Below are positions 17,657 through 30,294 of a stretch of 32,363 nt of DNA, one piece after another. The position numbers were made by a program, and so were the translations under genes. Within the stretch, counting starts at the first letter, position 1. Every line of letters begins with the position of its first letter. The notes under the pieces are model-generated. The model saw nothing but the letters and a program-made list of their open reading frames with translations, had not been told where the DNA came from and did not search any database. The stretch is from NCBI GenBank assembly GCA_918241715.1, contig CAKJYB010000042.1, forward strand, positions 1-32,363, read 5' to 3'. The stretch comes from Clostridiales bacterium (lineage in GTDB: Bacteria; Bacillota; Clostridia; Christensenellales; UBA1242).

Positions 17657-18693
17657 TAAGAATAAACGAAACGCCATACAGAACTTCAAAAAATTATGGC
17701 ATAAACGACGTTGAAATTGACGAAAAGGTTTTGGACAAGCAAATTGTAAAGTTTTCCGGTTTTGAAGCAAAAAATGCACACGGAATCAAAATTTTGAGCA
17801 AAACAAACACAAAAAGCGAAAAAATAATTGCAAAAGAATTGTCAAAACAACTTGAAAATGCTTCTTTAAAAAGAAAGATTGTTGTAGAGACAAACACACA
17901 AAAACCAATTGTTTTGTGCTATGACTTTGAAAAAGAAAAAACTCTTTCACAGGTTGTTGAAATTGAAGTGCAGGAAAAAGTGAGAGCACAGATTGTTGTC
18001 AGACTTGTTGGAGAAAATGTTTATCAAAACGGGTTTTTGAAAATTTTGTGCAGAAAGGACAGCGTTGCAGAAATTGTTTTGTTGACAGATTTGGGCAGTC
18101 TTGGAGAAAACTTTTTGACGCTTGAAAATGTGATTGAAGAAAATGCAAGACTTGACTATAACCTTGTTGACTTTTCAAGCAAGCATTCAATATACAACTT
18201 CTATGGAAAACTTGTTGGGGAAAATGCCGTTTCAAATTTGAATGTTGTGTATCTTGCAGGACAGGACAACACTTTGGATTTAAACCTTTTTCAAGAAATT
18301 TTTGGAAAAAACTGCACAGCAACAATTGAAGCTGTTGGCACACTTGATGATTTTGCAAAGAAAAACTTTAAAGGGACGATTTCCTTTGTCAAAGGGTGCA
18401 AAAAGAGCTTTGGAAGTGAAAATGAGTTCTGTTTGCTTCTTTCTGACACAGCAAAGTCAAAGGCTCTGCCTATGCTCCTTTGCCACGAAGAAGATGTTGA
18501 CGGGAAACATAGCACTGCAGTTGGAAGAGCAGATGAGAAAGAATTGTTTTATGTCATGTCAAGGGGAATTGACCTTAAAGATGCAATCAAAATGCTTGTA
18601 AAAGCAAAACTCAATGTTGCACTGGAAAAGATTTTTGACAGAGATTTAAAAAATGAAATTTTTGACAAAATCGATGGGAGATTGGAAAAATGA
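17653..18693 (+). CDS. sufD: Fe-S cluster assembly protein SufD
   Basis: SufBD-family C-terminus (PMLLCHEEDVDGKHSTAVG, LFYVMSRGI); position in the operon. Confidence 0.85.
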   Translation: MIRINETPYRTSKNYGINDVEIDEKVLDKQIVKFSGFEAKNAHGIKILSKTNTKSEKIIAKELSKQLENASLKRKIVVETNTQKPIVLCYDFEKEKTLSQVVEIEVQEKVRAQIVVRLVGENVYQNGFLKILCRKDSVAEIVLLTDLGSLGENFLTLENVIEENARLDYNLVDFSSKHSIYNFYGKLVGENAVSNLNVVYLAGQDNTLDLNLFQEIFGKNCTATIEAVGTLDDFAKKNFKGTISFVKGCKKSFGSENEFCLLLSDTAKSKALPMLLCHEEDVDGKHSTAVGRADEKELFYVMSRGIDLKDAIKMLVKAKLNVALEKIFDRDLKNEIFDKIDGRLEK

Positions 18694-19907
18694 GAGATTT
18701 AAAAAACATAAAAAACGAATTTCCACTTTTGAGAGACAGCGACATAGTCTATCTTGATAGTGGAGCAACATCACAAAAACCAAAATGTGTTGTTGACAGA
18801 ATTCAAAGATATTATGAAAAAGAAAATGCAAACCCAAATCATGGAGCCTACAAACTCAGCATAAAAACTGGTGAAGAAGTGCAGGAAGTAAGAGAAAAGG
18901 TTGCAAAATTTATCAATGCAAAAAATGCAGAAGAAATCATTTTTACAAAAAACGCAACAGAGGCTCTCAATCTTGTTGCACAGAGCTACGGAATGGCAAA
19001 TCTTAAAAAGGGAGATGAGATTGTTCTTTCAATCATGGAACATCACAGCAATCTTGTCCCATGGCAACAGGTTGCGCTTAAGAAAAAAGCAAAAATCAAC
19101 TATTTGTATATTGACAAAAACTTTGAGATTCCAGAAAGTGAAATAGAAAAGAAAATCACCAAAAACACAAAAGTTGTTTGTGTGCTTAGCGTTTCAAACG
19201 TTTTGGGAACGCACAACAACATTGAAAAAATTGCAAAAAAAGCACACTCCGTTGGGGCAATTGTTGTTGCCGACTTGACTCAAGGGGTTGCACACGTGCC
19301 ATTTGATGTTCAAAAAACTGACGTTGATTTTGCAGGATTTTCTGCACACAAAATGTATGGTCCACTTGGTGTTGGCGTGCTTTATGGAAAAAGAGAACTT
19401 CTTGAAAAAATGGATCCATTTTTGATGGGTGGTTCTATGGTGGAATATGTCTACGAACAAAAGACAACTTTTGCCGAACTTCCTAAAAAATTTGAAGCCG
19501 GAACGCAAAATCTTGCCGGAATTATCGGTTTTGGTGCTGCAATCGACTTTATGAACGAAATAGGATACAAGGCAATTACAAAGAAAGAAGCAGAGCTTTC
19601 AAAGTATGCTCTTGCGTGCTTGAAAAAACTTTCTTTTGTTGAAATTTATGCCACAAAAAACAATCCAGCAGTCATCTCTTTTAATGTAAAAAACATTCAC
19701 CCACACGATGTTGCAAGTTTGCTTGACGCAAAGAAAATTTGCATAAGGGCCGGCAATCATTGTGCTCAACCACTTTTGAGATTTTTAAATCTTGACTCAA
19801 CGCTTAGAATAAGTTTTGGAGTTTACAACACAAAAGAAGATATTGATGCTCTTGTAAAGGCTCTTGTCGAAATTTACGACAAGTTTAAAAAATATATCAA
19901 GGAGTGA
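18690..19907 (+). CDS. sufS: Cysteine desulfurase SufS
   Basis: YLDSGATSQKP, MEHHSNLVPWQ, FSAHKMYGP (PLP lysine), RAGNHCAQPL (type II cysteine). Confidence 0.95.
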   Translation: MRDLKNIKNEFPLLRDSDIVYLDSGATSQKPKCVVDRIQRYYEKENANPNHGAYKLSIKTGEEVQEVREKVAKFINAKNAEEIIFTKNATEALNLVAQSYGMANLKKGDEIVLSIMEHHSNLVPWQQVALKKKAKINYLYIDKNFEIPESEIEKKITKNTKVVCVLSVSNVLGTHNNIEKIAKKAHSVGAIVVADLTQGVAHVPFDVQKTDVDFAGFSAHKMYGPLGVGVLYGKRELLEKMDPFLMGGSMVEYVYEQKTTFAELPKKFEAGTQNLAGIIGFGAAIDFMNEIGYKAITKKEAELSKYALACLKKLSFVEIYATKNNPAVISFNVKNIHPHDVASLLDAKKICIRAGNHCAQPLLRFLNLDSTLRISFGVYNTKEDIDALVKALVEIYDKFKKYIKE

Positions 19908-19909
19908 AT

Positions 19910-20338
19910 ATGAACGAATTTGATGACATATATAATGATTTGATTATGGAGCATAGTTTAAACAGCCCAAACAAAAAGAAACTTAAAGATGCTTCCGTCT
20001 GTCAACTTGGACACAACCCAAATTGTGGGGACGAAATAAGTCTTGAAGTTTTGTTTGAAAACGACATTGTCAAAGATGCTTCTTTTACTGGACATGGCTG
20101 TGCGATTTCGCAAAGTTCGACATCAATAATGATTGACACGCTTCGTGGAAAGACAAAAAAACAGGCAAAAGAGATTGTGCAGATTTTTATCAAAATGATA
20201 AAAAGAGAAAAACTCTCTGCAAAAGAGAAAAGACTCTTGGGGGAATCCATTGCATTTGAAAACATTGCAAACATGCCTGCAAGAGTTAAATGTGCACTTT
20301 TGTCTTGGCACACAATGGAAGAAGTCTTAGACAAGTAA
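19910..20338 (+). CDS. sufU: SUF system sulfur-transfer protein SufU
   Basis: NPNCGDEI, GCAISQSSTS, PARVKCALLSW; ATG at 19910 is best spaced from AAGGAG. Confidence 0.93.
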   Translation: MNEFDDIYNDLIMEHSLNSPNKKKLKDASVCQLGHNPNCGDEISLEVLFENDIVKDASFTGHGCAISQSSTSIMIDTLRGKTKKQAKEIVQIFIKMIKREKLSAKEKRLLGESIAFENIANMPARVKCALLSWHTMEEVLDK

Positions 20339-20349
20339 GGCACATTTGC

Positions 20350-20378
20350 TTGACAAATTGAATAAGAAATTGTATAAT
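20350..20378 (+). promoter_or_regulatory. Consensus sigmaA promoter TTGACA-17-TATAAT
   Basis: Perfect hexamers and spacing upstream of the GGDEF gene. Confidence 0.8.
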
Positions 20379-20405
20379 AGTGCTCGTTTTTACTAGGAGA
20401 AAAAA

Positions 20406-21191
20406 GTGTATTACAACAGAAAAAAGAGACTTGTACAAGAGCTTTCAAAGCTTTTTGAGAATGTTTCCGTAACTGATAGAAAAGGAAACATTTTTTATTC
20501 TGACGGAAACAAAGTGCGTGTAAGAAAGACAACCGACGAAAATGAGCTTTTGAAGATTGAACACAAGTTTGCAAACAACAAAAATGAAATGAAATTCCGT
20601 TGTTTTGAAGAAAAACTGAGTCAAAAAATATCAAAGATAATTTATCTTGGAAGAGAGCCTGTTCTTGTAAAAATGAATCTCTCTGCAGATAAAACTTTTT
20701 TTGATGGAATGGAAGCGACAAACAGCGCACTTAAAGTTGTTATTGATCATGATTCAAGACTTTATACAGACATGCTTACAGGCGTCTACAACAGGATTTA
20801 TATGGCAGACTTTTTGAGAGACAAAAATGTCAAAGCTGTTGCGATGGTTGATGTTGATGACTTTAAGAAAATCAATGACACCTATGGGCATATAGTCGGA
20901 GACATTGTTTTGAAAAATATAGCCAAAATCATTATGCTTTGCGTTGCAGAATTTGGAAAGGTTATAAGATTTGGTGGAGATGAGTTTGTCATTGTTTTTG
21001 AAAAAATTGAAAAAGACAATTTGCAGACAATATTGAAAGAGATTTCAAGGAAAATCGGAAATTTCACAATGAAAGATTTTGAAGAAAAGGCTTCTGTAAG
21101 CATTGGCGCTGTTTATGGAAACGGAAATGTTGACGATTTTCTTAGCAGGGCCGACAAAGCGATGTATGAGCTTAAAAAAAGGAAAAAGTAA
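20406..21191 (+). CDS. GGDEF-domain protein (diguanylate cyclase)
   Basis: DMLTGVYNR, DVDDFKKINDTYGHIVGD, RFGGDEF, SIG, ADKAMY; AGGAG RBS with a GTG start. Confidence 0.9.
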   Translation: MYYNRKKRLVQELSKLFENVSVTDRKGNIFYSDGNKVRVRKTTDENELLKIEHKFANNKNEMKFRCFEEKLSQKISKIIYLGREPVLVKMNLSADKTFFDGMEATNSALKVVIDHDSRLYTDMLTGVYNRIYMADFLRDKNVKAVAMVDVDDFKKINDTYGHIVGDIVLKNIAKIIMLCVAEFGKVIRFGGDEFVIVFEKIEKDNLQTILKEISRKIGNFTMKDFEEKASVSIGAVYGNGNVDDFLSRADKAMYELKKRKK

Positions 21192-21200
21192 AAAAAGACA

Positions 21201-21237
21201 AAAATGTTTGTTTCGTTTTTTGAAACAGACATTTTTT
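21201..21237 (+). terminator. Intrinsic terminator
   Basis: AAAATGTTTGTTTC...GAAACAGACATTTT stem followed by T's. Confidence 0.7.
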
Positions 21238-21325
21238 GACATTTAAAACACGTTTATTGTCATAAAAACTTTACTTTTTTCGGTGTTAAAAGATATAATA
21301 TTTCTAGGATGTAAAGGAGAAGTTT

Positions 21326-23240
<1,915 letters not shown>

Positions 23241-23251
23241 AATTGCAAGAT

Positions 23252-23281
23252 AAAACTCTATCTTTTCGATGGAGTTTTTTT
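23252..23281 (+). terminator. Intrinsic terminator after groEL
   Basis: AAAACTCTATC-loop-GATGGAGTTTT followed by T's. Confidence 0.8.
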
Positions 23282-23370
23282 ATTTAAAAAATCTAAAAAC
23301 ATAAGCCCAAATGTTGTTGACAAAATTTAAAACAAAGTGGTAATCTCTTTACAGAACAAGGAGAAAAATT

Positions 23371-24087
23371 ATGAGCATAAGTCTTGCAATCACACTTATT
23401 TTGGGGTTTATTTTGGTTTATATTTGCTTGGTGGAGATCTATTCGATTTTGTTTAGGATTACAGGGCTTACAACAATAAAAGCACGTTTCCAGGCAATTT
23501 CACTTCTTACAAATAGTGGCTATACCACAAGCGAAGCAGAAGTTGTAACAACAAACAAATTGCGTAGAAATATTGCTATTGCATCGATGATTACGGGGTA
23601 TTCATTCTCTGTTGTTATTGTGTCGCTTGTTTTCAACCTTATCACAAGATTGTCTGCAGAAAGCTGGAAAGAAAATTATGAAACAATTCTTATTGTTTTG
23701 GCGGCATTTGCTGGCGTTTTGATTTTTATGAAACTTCCATTTATCAAAAAACCTTTTGAAAAAGGCATCGAAGCGATTGCCAGAAGAATTATGAAAAAAG
23801 GGATAAAAGAAAACGTTATCACACTTCTTGACATTTACGAAAAGGACGTGATTGCTGAAGTTTCCATAAACAGTGTGCCAAAAATGATTCAGGACAAAAA
23901 ATTGATGGAAATCAATGCAAGAGATTTGTATAACATAAATATTTTGATGCTAAAGAAAAACGGAGTTGCAGAGATTGTTACAAAAGAAACAATTTTGCAA
24001 AAGAATGATGTCGTTGTTGTGTTTGGGCCACTTCAATCAATAAAAAGATTGTTTATGGAAAAAGAATACAAGAAGGAAGAAAAATAG
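23371..24087 (+). CDS. Membrane protein with a K+-channel-like pore region and a C-terminal TrkA-C (RCK_C) domain
   Basis: ARFQAISLLTNSGYTTSEAE pore-like motif between TM helices; C-terminal ETILQKNDVVVVFG; AAGGAG RBS; upstream TTGACA promoter. Confidence 0.8.
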   Translation: MSISLAITLILGFILVYICLVEIYSILFRITGLTTIKARFQAISLLTNSGYTTSEAEVVTTNKLRRNIAIASMITGYSFSVVIVSLVFNLITRLSAESWKENYETILIVLAAFAGVLIFMKLPFIKKPFEKGIEAIARRIMKKGIKENVITLLDIYEKDVIAEVSINSVPKMIQDKKLMEINARDLYNINILMLKKNGVAEIVTKETILQKNDVVVVFGPLQSIKRLFMEKEYKKEEK

Positions 24088-24101
24088 CACTTGAGACAAT
24101 A

Positions 24102-24126
24102 AAAAACCTGCAAACTGCAGGTTTTT
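24102..24126. terminator. Bidirectional terminator
   Basis: AAAAACCTGCA-aac-TGCAGGTTTTT between convergent genes. Confidence 0.85.
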
Positions 24127-24127
24127 A

Positions 24128-25315
24128 TTATTTCCCTTCACCATTTTCAAGGTCGTCTATCTTTTTGGTTATGTCATTGTATTTGACTTTAAGAGATAAA
24201 AGTTCTTCGTTTGTCTTTTTCAACTCTTCTTTCAAACTTTCAATTTTTAAATTTTTAAGTTCTCTAGCAACTTTCTGATTTATAAACTCTTGTGGGAGAT
24301 TGTTTTTCACCATTTCCATATATGGAAGATATTGCTCATTTGCAAAAATTTCTGTAGGAAGAAAGTCAAAGAGTGCAGGACAAAGTGCAAGAAGTTCTTC
24401 TGGTTTGTCATATTCTGCAAGGAGGCTTGTAAGGTCAAATTTGTTTACGTAAACTCTTGCTCTCTTGTCTGAAGAGTAAATGGCAGAGAATTGTTCTGCG
24501 ATTCCTCTAGCAAACTCTGCTTTTGGAGAGTTTGATAATGCTTCGGTTAAGACAGCTGAAAAATCTTGTCCAGGGAAGATTGTCCTTGAAATTGTCTGCA
24601 AGAAAAGCATTTTTTCAACAGGGGTAATGTCCTTTCCGTTTAAGTGGGTTTTCGCAATTTCAAAACACTCTTTCAGTTCTGTAAAATCGCCGTTTCTTCT
24701 GTGAGGGGCAAATCTTAGGCTGCCGTATGCATTGATTACGTGTTCTGGCAAAAAGGCAAACATATCTGGGCATTTTTCAAGGGCGTGTTTTCTCATTTCA
24801 GAACTTGCATTTAGAAGTGCTTGTTTCATTACGGACTCATTTAAAGCTTCTCTAAGAGAATGATTTTTATCGTTTATTGTTTTTCCATAGAAATCAAGGA
24901 GTCTTTCCAAGAAGAAGGCATAAGATTTTTCAAGTAAAGAAGGTTTGAGAGTTTGGTTTCCTTGTCCGTAATAGATGGATGACACCTTAAAGAGGAAGTC
25001 AAGGACAGAGGCAGAGGCGTTTTCTTTTGTCAAATAGAAATAGTTTGAAAGATTGTAAGAAGCCCCATTAAAATCAAACATGCCATACATATTTGTTGAA
25101 AGTTCAGTTCTGTTTGTTTTCGCAAGGTCAATTTCTGTTTCGTTTACAACAGAGTCGTTTACGTAACAAGGTTGAAGTAATACGGAAACAAAAGCTGGAT
25201 TCTCAAGTCTTTTCTCAATTTCTTGTGTGTATATTCTAACGTTGTTTGTGGTTGATTTTGCGAAATCATCTAAAGATTTAAGACCATCAAACAAACTTTT
25301 TACAGATTCTACCAT
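24128..25315 (-). CDS. Hypothetical protein, ~395 aa, helical with a C-terminal coiled coil
   Basis: Long ORF with GGGGGTG RBS before ATG at 25315 and a TTGACA-16-TATAAT promoter; no recognised motif. Confidence 0.8.
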   Translation of the reverse strand: MVESVKSLFDGLKSLDDFAKSTTNNVRIYTQEIEKRLENPAFVSVLLQPCYVNDSVVNETEIDLAKTNRTELSTNMYGMFDFNGASYNLSNYFYLTKENASASVLDFLFKVSSIYYGQGNQTLKPSLLEKSYAFFLERLLDFYGKTINDKNHSLREALNESVMKQALLNASSEMRKHALEKCPDMFAFLPEHVINAYGSLRFAPHRRNGDFTELKECFEIAKTHLNGKDITPVEKMLFLQTISRTIFPGQDFSAVLTEALSNSPKAEFARGIAEQFSAIYSSDKRARVYVNKFDLTSLLAEYDKPEELLALCPALFDFLPTEIFANEQYLPYMEMVKNNLPQEFINQKVARELKNLKIESLKEELKKTNEELLSLKVKYNDITKKIDDLENGEGK

Positions 25316-25501
25316 TGGTTTCACCCCCCCAAATATTATATAAATATTATATCATTTTTGAACAAATTGTCAATATCCCACAGAGAATTGTGTCGATTTG
25401 AAATCAATAAAGTGATTTTTTTATAATTTTTTTGCACAAAAACAAGGAAAATAACATTCAAAAAGAGTATAATAAAGTATAACGCTTTTTTGGAGAGTAA
25501 T

Positions 25502-27274
25502 TTGGAAAGTAAGGGATTTTCAGTCGATTGGCTTAGCGAACTTAAAAGAAAAAACGACTTGGCAACAATCGCTTCAAACTACTTGAAGATGGAGCAGAAA
25601 GGTCGCAGATTTTGGGCCTGCTGTCCATTCCACAATGAAAAGACGCCATCATTTTCTATCAACAATGATGACGGAATATATTATTGCTTTGGGTGCCATG
25701 AAAGTGGAGATGTAATAAAATTTGTTCAAAAAATGGAAAACGTTGAGTTTATGGATGCGGTAAAAATTTTGGCAGAAAAAGCCGGAATGGAAATACCTGA
25801 ATTTGTAAGTTCGGACAAAAACAGACAAAATCAAAAGCAAAAAGAAAGATGGCTTTCAATCTTTGATTATGCTTACAAACACTATGTGGAAAATTTGTAT
25901 AGCACAGATGCAAAACTTGCACAAGAATATATAAAGTCTAGGAAGTTTACAAGAAGAGAACTTGAAGACTTTAAAATTGGTTATTCAAAAGACTGGAACG
26001 ATTTGCCAAACTATTTGAAAGGCAAAGGCTTTTCTGACAAAGAACTTACAGAAAGTGGGGCTTGCATACAAAAAGATGGAAAGATTTTGGACCCACTTGC
26101 AAAGAGACTTGTCTTTCCAATCTTTAATGCTTTCAACAATTGCATAGGCTTCAGTGCCAGACTTTTAGAGCCAAAACCAGAGTTCGCAAAATACAAAAAC
26201 ACAGCAGAGAGTCCACTCTTCCAAAAGAGAAAAATTGTTTTCGGAATCAATATTTTGAAAGCACAACACCAACAAAAACTTGCAAACAATGTCATTTTGG
26301 TTGAAGGGCAAACAGATGTTATTGCCATGCACAAGGCAGGATTTAAAACAGCAGTTGCTTGCATGGGGACTGCAATGACGGAATATCACGTTGCAGAACT
26401 TAAGCGTTATAGCGACAACATTATTTTATGTTTTGATGGTGATGGAGCCGGAATCAAAGCTGCACTTCACGCTATTGAGATGTGGAGAAATCAAAATGTA
26501 AACTTGAGAGTTGTTTTGTTGCCAGATGGACATGACCCTGACGAAATCTTAAAGACCTACGGAAAAGAAAAACTCCAAGAAATGATTGACAACGCAAAAA
26601 ATTATATGGAGTTTTTGATTGACTATTATCAAACAAAGTATGACTTAAACAACCCACAAGAGAAAGGAAAGTATGTAAGGACAATTCTTGCAGAAATCAA
26701 AAAACTTGGAAGTCCAGCGCTTTTTGAGCCTTACCTTGAAATGGTGAGAGATATAACAAAAATACCTATTGATGTTTTGAGAAGAGACATAAGCACACAG
26801 GCAGAAGAAAAAACTGCAAAGGTTGCTGAGATAGAACTTCCACAAAAGAAGTCGAATGGAGATGACAAAGCACAAAGATTTATTTTGGCAGAACTTCTAC
26901 ATAAAAGACCAATTGTGGACAAGAAGATTGATTATGACAAACTTCTTGTTGGTTATGAAAGGTATTTAGAAATAATTGCAAAAGACCTGCCACTTTCTGC
27001 GATTTACGATTTTGAAGGCGCAACTGAAGACGAACTTTTGATGGAAATTGTAAATTTCAATTTTGCAGACATGGAAAAGGACGAAGAAAGATATTTTAAA
27101 GAATGTTTGTGGCGTGTTGCAGAAATTAGATTGAAGAAGATGCAAAGCGAACTTATGGAGAGATATAAAACTTGCGAAGATTTGACGGAACGAACGGACA
27201 TCGCAAGACAACTTGGAAAACTGGCAACACAGCTTAAAAACAAGAGTTTGGAGGAATTCAATGTCAGAAGATAA
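25502..27274 (+). CDS. dnaG: DNA primase
   Basis: CHC2 zinc finger [11 protein letters not shown]...CFGC; KYKNTAES; Toprim VEGQTDVI and FDGDGAG, DPDE; TTG start after GGAGAG. Confidence 0.96.
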   Translation: MESKGFSVDWLSELKRKNDLATIASNYLKMEQKGRRFWACCPFHNEKTPSFSINNDDGIYYCFGCHESGDVIKFVQKMENVEFMDAVKILAEKAGMEIPEFVSSDKNRQNQKQKERWLSIFDYAYKHYVENLYSTDAKLAQEYIKSRKFTRRELEDFKIGYSKDWNDLPNYLKGKGFSDKELTESGACIQKDGKILDPLAKRLVFPIFNAFNNCIGFSARLLEPKPEFAKYKNTAESPLFQKRKIVFGINILKAQHQQKLANNVILVEGQTDVIAMHKAGFKTAVACMGTAMTEYHVAELKRYSDNIILCFDGDGAGIKAALHAIEMWRNQNVNLRVVLLPDGHDPDEILKTYGKEKLQEMIDNAKNYMEFLIDYYQTKYDLNNPQEKGKYVRTILAEIKKLGSPALFEPYLEMVRDITKIPIDVLRRDISTQAEEKTAKVAEIELPQKKSNGDDKAQRFILAELLHKRPIVDKKIDYDKLLVGYERYLEIIAKDLPLSAIYDFEGATEDELLMEIVNFNFADMEKDEERYFKECLWRVAEIRLKKMQSELMERYKTCEDLTERTDIARQLGKLATQLKNKSLEEFNVRR

Positions 27275-28343
27275 CAAAAAAGAAGAATTAGAGAAAATAA
27301 AACTCATGCACGAAAAATTGCAAGCGCTTGCAATGAAAAAAGGCTCAATAAATGAAGAAGACGTTTATTTTGCTCTTTTGAAAGTTGGAGACAACGCAAA
27401 AAATGTGGACAAGTTTTTGGAACTTCTCAAAAAACGTGGTGTAAAAATCATAAAGAGCACAGAAGACGAAGATCTTTTGAAAGACAACTTTTCTGATCTT
27501 GTTATGTCAGCAAGCGTGGACGACCCTGTAAAGATGTATCTTAAGGACATAGGAAAAGTCCCACTTTTGAGTGCTGAAGAAGAAAAAGACCTTGCAAAGA
27601 GAGTTATGGATGGAGACGAATATGCAAAGAAGAAACTTTGCGAATCCAACCTTAGACTTGTTGTCAGCGTTGCAAAAAAATATGTTGGAAAGACATCAAT
27701 GTCATTTTTGGATTTAATTCAAGAAGGAAACATGGGACTTCTTCGTGCAGTTGACAAATTTGACTACACAAAGGGATTTAAGTTTTCGACATACGCAACT
27801 TGGTGGATTAGACAGGCCATCACACGTGCTATGGCAGATCAGTCCAGAACAATCCGTATTCCTGTTCACATGGTTGAAACAATCAACAAATATGTGAAAG
27901 TAAGCAGAACTTTGATGCAAAAACTTGGAAGAGAACCAACCATTGAAGAAATTGCCAAAGAACTTGGAATGAGTGTTGAAAAGGTTATGGAAATCCAAAA
28001 GACAGCCCAAGACCCAATTTCACTTGAAACGCCAATGGGAGAAGAAGATGACGGAAAAATGGCAGACGTCATTGAAGACGAAACAGCAAAATCACCGATT
28101 GAATTTGCTACACAAAGTTTGCTTAGAGAACAACTTTTGGCAGTTATTGACACTCTTACACCAAGAGAACAAGAAGTTATCAGACAAAGATATGGACTTT
28201 TGGACGGAAAGCAAAAGACCTTGGAAGAAGTTGGAAAAGAATTCTCTGTTACAAGAGAACGTATCAGACAGATTGAAGCAAAAGCACTTAAAAAACTTAA
28301 AAACCCAAGCAGAAGCAAAAGACTTATTGATTTTGTTGAATAG
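27261..28343 (+). CDS. rpoD: RNA polymerase primary sigma factor (SigA/RpoD)
   Basis: [53 protein letters not shown]; GGAGG RBS before ATG at 27261. Confidence 0.97.
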   Translation: MSEDNKKEELEKIKLMHEKLQALAMKKGSINEEDVYFALLKVGDNAKNVDKFLELLKKRGVKIIKSTEDEDLLKDNFSDLVMSASVDDPVKMYLKDIGKVPLLSAEEEKDLAKRVMDGDEYAKKKLCESNLRLVVSVAKKYVGKTSMSFLDLIQEGNMGLLRAVDKFDYTKGFKFSTYATWWIRQAITRAMADQSRTIRIPVHMVETINKYVKVSRTLMQKLGREPTIEEIAKELGMSVEKVMEIQKTAQDPISLETPMGEEDDGKMADVIEDETAKSPIEFATQSLLREQLLAVIDTLTPREQEVIRQRYGLLDGKQKTLEEVGKEFSVTRERIRQIEAKALKKLKNPSRSKRLIDFVE

Positions 28344-28351
28344 GAGAGAGT

Positions 28352-29053
28352 ATGAATATTGAAAGTATATTGAAATATCAAAAAGCAGATGAAGAACTTT
28401 ACAAGGTAGAACAGAAACTTGTAAACAGCGCCTACAGAAAAAAAGGAAACGAACTTGCTGGAATTGCAAAAAGAGCACAGGCAAGATCAATTGAACTTGA
28501 AAACGAAGCAGAAAAACTTATTGCAGAACTTGACGACATAAAACAAAAATATGGAGTAAACAAGTCAAAGGCAGACGAAATTTTGGGGCTTAACATTGAA
28601 AACTCAACAGAAGAAGATTTGGAAAAACTTTCTGCACTTAAAACAAAGGTTGCAACAAATTTAAATATTTTGGAAAAACTTTTGCAAAAGTGTGCTGAAA
28701 ACATAAATCATATTTTGGCAGAATTCAACAAGACCAAAAAGATGTATGACGATGCAAGAACTCAATTTGCAGTATGCAAAGAGAAAATGGAAGAAGAGAC
28801 AAAACTCTTGGAGCCAGAAAAGAAGAGAATTGCAGAAGAACTTAAAAAACTTGAAAAAGACGTTGACGAAAAACTCTTGGCAGAATACAAGAAGAAACGT
28901 GCAGAAAACATTTTTCCTGTCATTGTTCCACTTGAAAGGGACAACTTCTGTGGAAGATGCAGAATGGAACTTCCAAAACTTGAGACGGCAAGAATTAAAG
29001 AGACGGGAGTTATCACATGCGAACACTGCAAACGTTTTGTTTATAAGGCATAA
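28352..29053 (+). CDS. Coiled-coil protein with a C-terminal C4 zinc ribbon (DUF164/zf-RING_7 type)
   Basis: Long heptad region followed by CGRCRMEL...CEHCKRFVY; expected position downstream of rpoD. Confidence 0.85.
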   Translation: MNIESILKYQKADEELYKVEQKLVNSAYRKKGNELAGIAKRAQARSIELENEAEKLIAELDDIKQKYGVNKSKADEILGLNIENSTEEDLEKLSALKTKVATNLNILEKLLQKCAENINHILAEFNKTKKMYDDARTQFAVCKEKMEEETKLLEPEKKRIAEELKKLEKDVDEKLLAEYKKKRAENIFPVIVPLERDNFCGRCRMELPKLETARIKETGVITCEHCKRFVYKA

Positions 29054-29058
29054 CAAAC

Positions 29059-29082
29059 AAAGGAACAGAAATCTGTTCCTTT
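29059..29082. terminator. Bidirectional terminator
   Basis: AAAGGAACAGA-aa-TCTGTTCCTTT between convergent genes. Confidence 0.8.
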
Positions 29083-30220
29083 ATTTTTTGTTTGTTTTTA
29101 GCAAAATTTTGATTGCGAAAACAAGTTTTTCAATTTCTTGATAGGTGTTGAAATAAGAAAGAGACACTCTGACGGCACCGAAAGTTGCCGTGCCAAGGGC
29201 CTTATGTTTTAGTGGCGCACAATGCAAACCACTCCTTACGCAAATGTTCCACCTTTCGTCAAGATAGTTTGCAACATCTGCAGAGCCCACGTCTTTTATG
29301 TTAAAGGCAAACACGCCAAATGTGTTTTCTGTTTTTGTGTAAATTTCGACTGGAAGTTTTGAAAGTTCATAGTGAAGATAAGTCGTCAAATCTTCCAATT
29401 TTGATTGAATTTGACAAAAATTTTCTTCAACAAAATTTATCCCTTCGCAAAAACCAAGAATGGCAGGGGTGTTTAGCGTTCCGGCTTCCAATCTTTCTGG
29501 CAGAGATTGTGGCATTGACAGAGCAAGAGAATTTGTGCCTGTTCCACCAAACCGGTATGGGTTTATATCAAATTCTCCGTTCAAGCATAAACAGCCCACG
29601 CCTTGTGGAGAATAAAAACCTTTGTGTGGGGCAAGGGCGAGAATGTTTATGTTTTGTTTTTGCATGTCGTAAATCACATGTCCACCACCTTGAGCACCAT
29701 CTACAAGAAACAAAATGGCCTTTTCTTTAAGTTTTGCTCCAATGGAGTCAATGTCGGCAATATCTCCGTTGACATTTGAAATATGGTTGCAGATGACAAG
29801 ATAAGTTTTGTCTGTGATACACTTTTCTATATCTTCCCAAACGACACCCAGTTTTCCCGATTGTCCGGCAACGCTGTAAGAAAATTCGGGGTCTATTTCT
29901 TTTAGGTGTTCAAGTGGACGTAAAACAGAGTTGTGTTCGTTTATGGTGCAAACAACGTGCCCACCTTTTCTGTGGGTGCCAAATATTGCCATGTTAAGTG
30001 CGTCTGTGCAGTTTAGCGTAAAAACGACATTTTCTGGACTTGTGCCAACATGATTAGACACCAAAAGACGTGTTTTTTCGATTTCGGAAGCAGTTTTTAT
30101 CGCTTGTTTGTGTCCACTTCTGCCGGGATTTGCAGAAAAAATATTGAGAGAATTAAGCACTGCTCTCTGCACATTTTTTGGTTTTACAAGCGTCGAAGCT
30201 GAATTGTCAAAATAAATCAT
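29081..30220 (-). CDS. Class-V aminotransferase, cysteine desulfurase-family protein (second paralogue)
   Basis: MIYFDNSAST, ANPGRSGH, EHNSVLRPL, APHKG (PLP lysine), RSGLHCAP; start reset to ATG at 30220 after AAGGGG. Confidence 0.9.
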   Translation of the reverse strand: MIYFDNSASTLVKPKNVQRAVLNSLNIFSANPGRSGHKQAIKTASEIEKTRLLVSNHVGTSPENVVFTLNCTDALNMAIFGTHRKGGHVVCTINEHNSVLRPLEHLKEIDPEFSYSVAGQSGKLGVVWEDIEKCITDKTYLVICNHISNVNGDIADIDSIGAKLKEKAILFLVDGAQGGGHVIYDMQKQNINILALAPHKGFYSPQGVGCLCLNGEFDINPYRFGGTGTNSLALSMPQSLPERLEAGTLNTPAILGFCEGINFVEENFCQIQSKLEDLTTYLHYELSKLPVEIYTKTENTFGVFAFNIKDVGSADVANYLDERWNICVRSGLHCAPLKHKALGTATFGAVRVSLSYFNTYQEIEKLVFAIKILLKTNKK

Positions 30221-30294
30221 ATCTTCCCCTTTAAACAAAAATTGCTTATTATCAATATAATATTTTAGGGGAGTTTTTGTGAATAAGGAGCAAC

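Noticed and set aside
20002-20730. 242-aa minus-strand ORF
   Set aside because: Antisense to sufU and the GGDEF gene and spans their intergenic promoter; no recognisable motif
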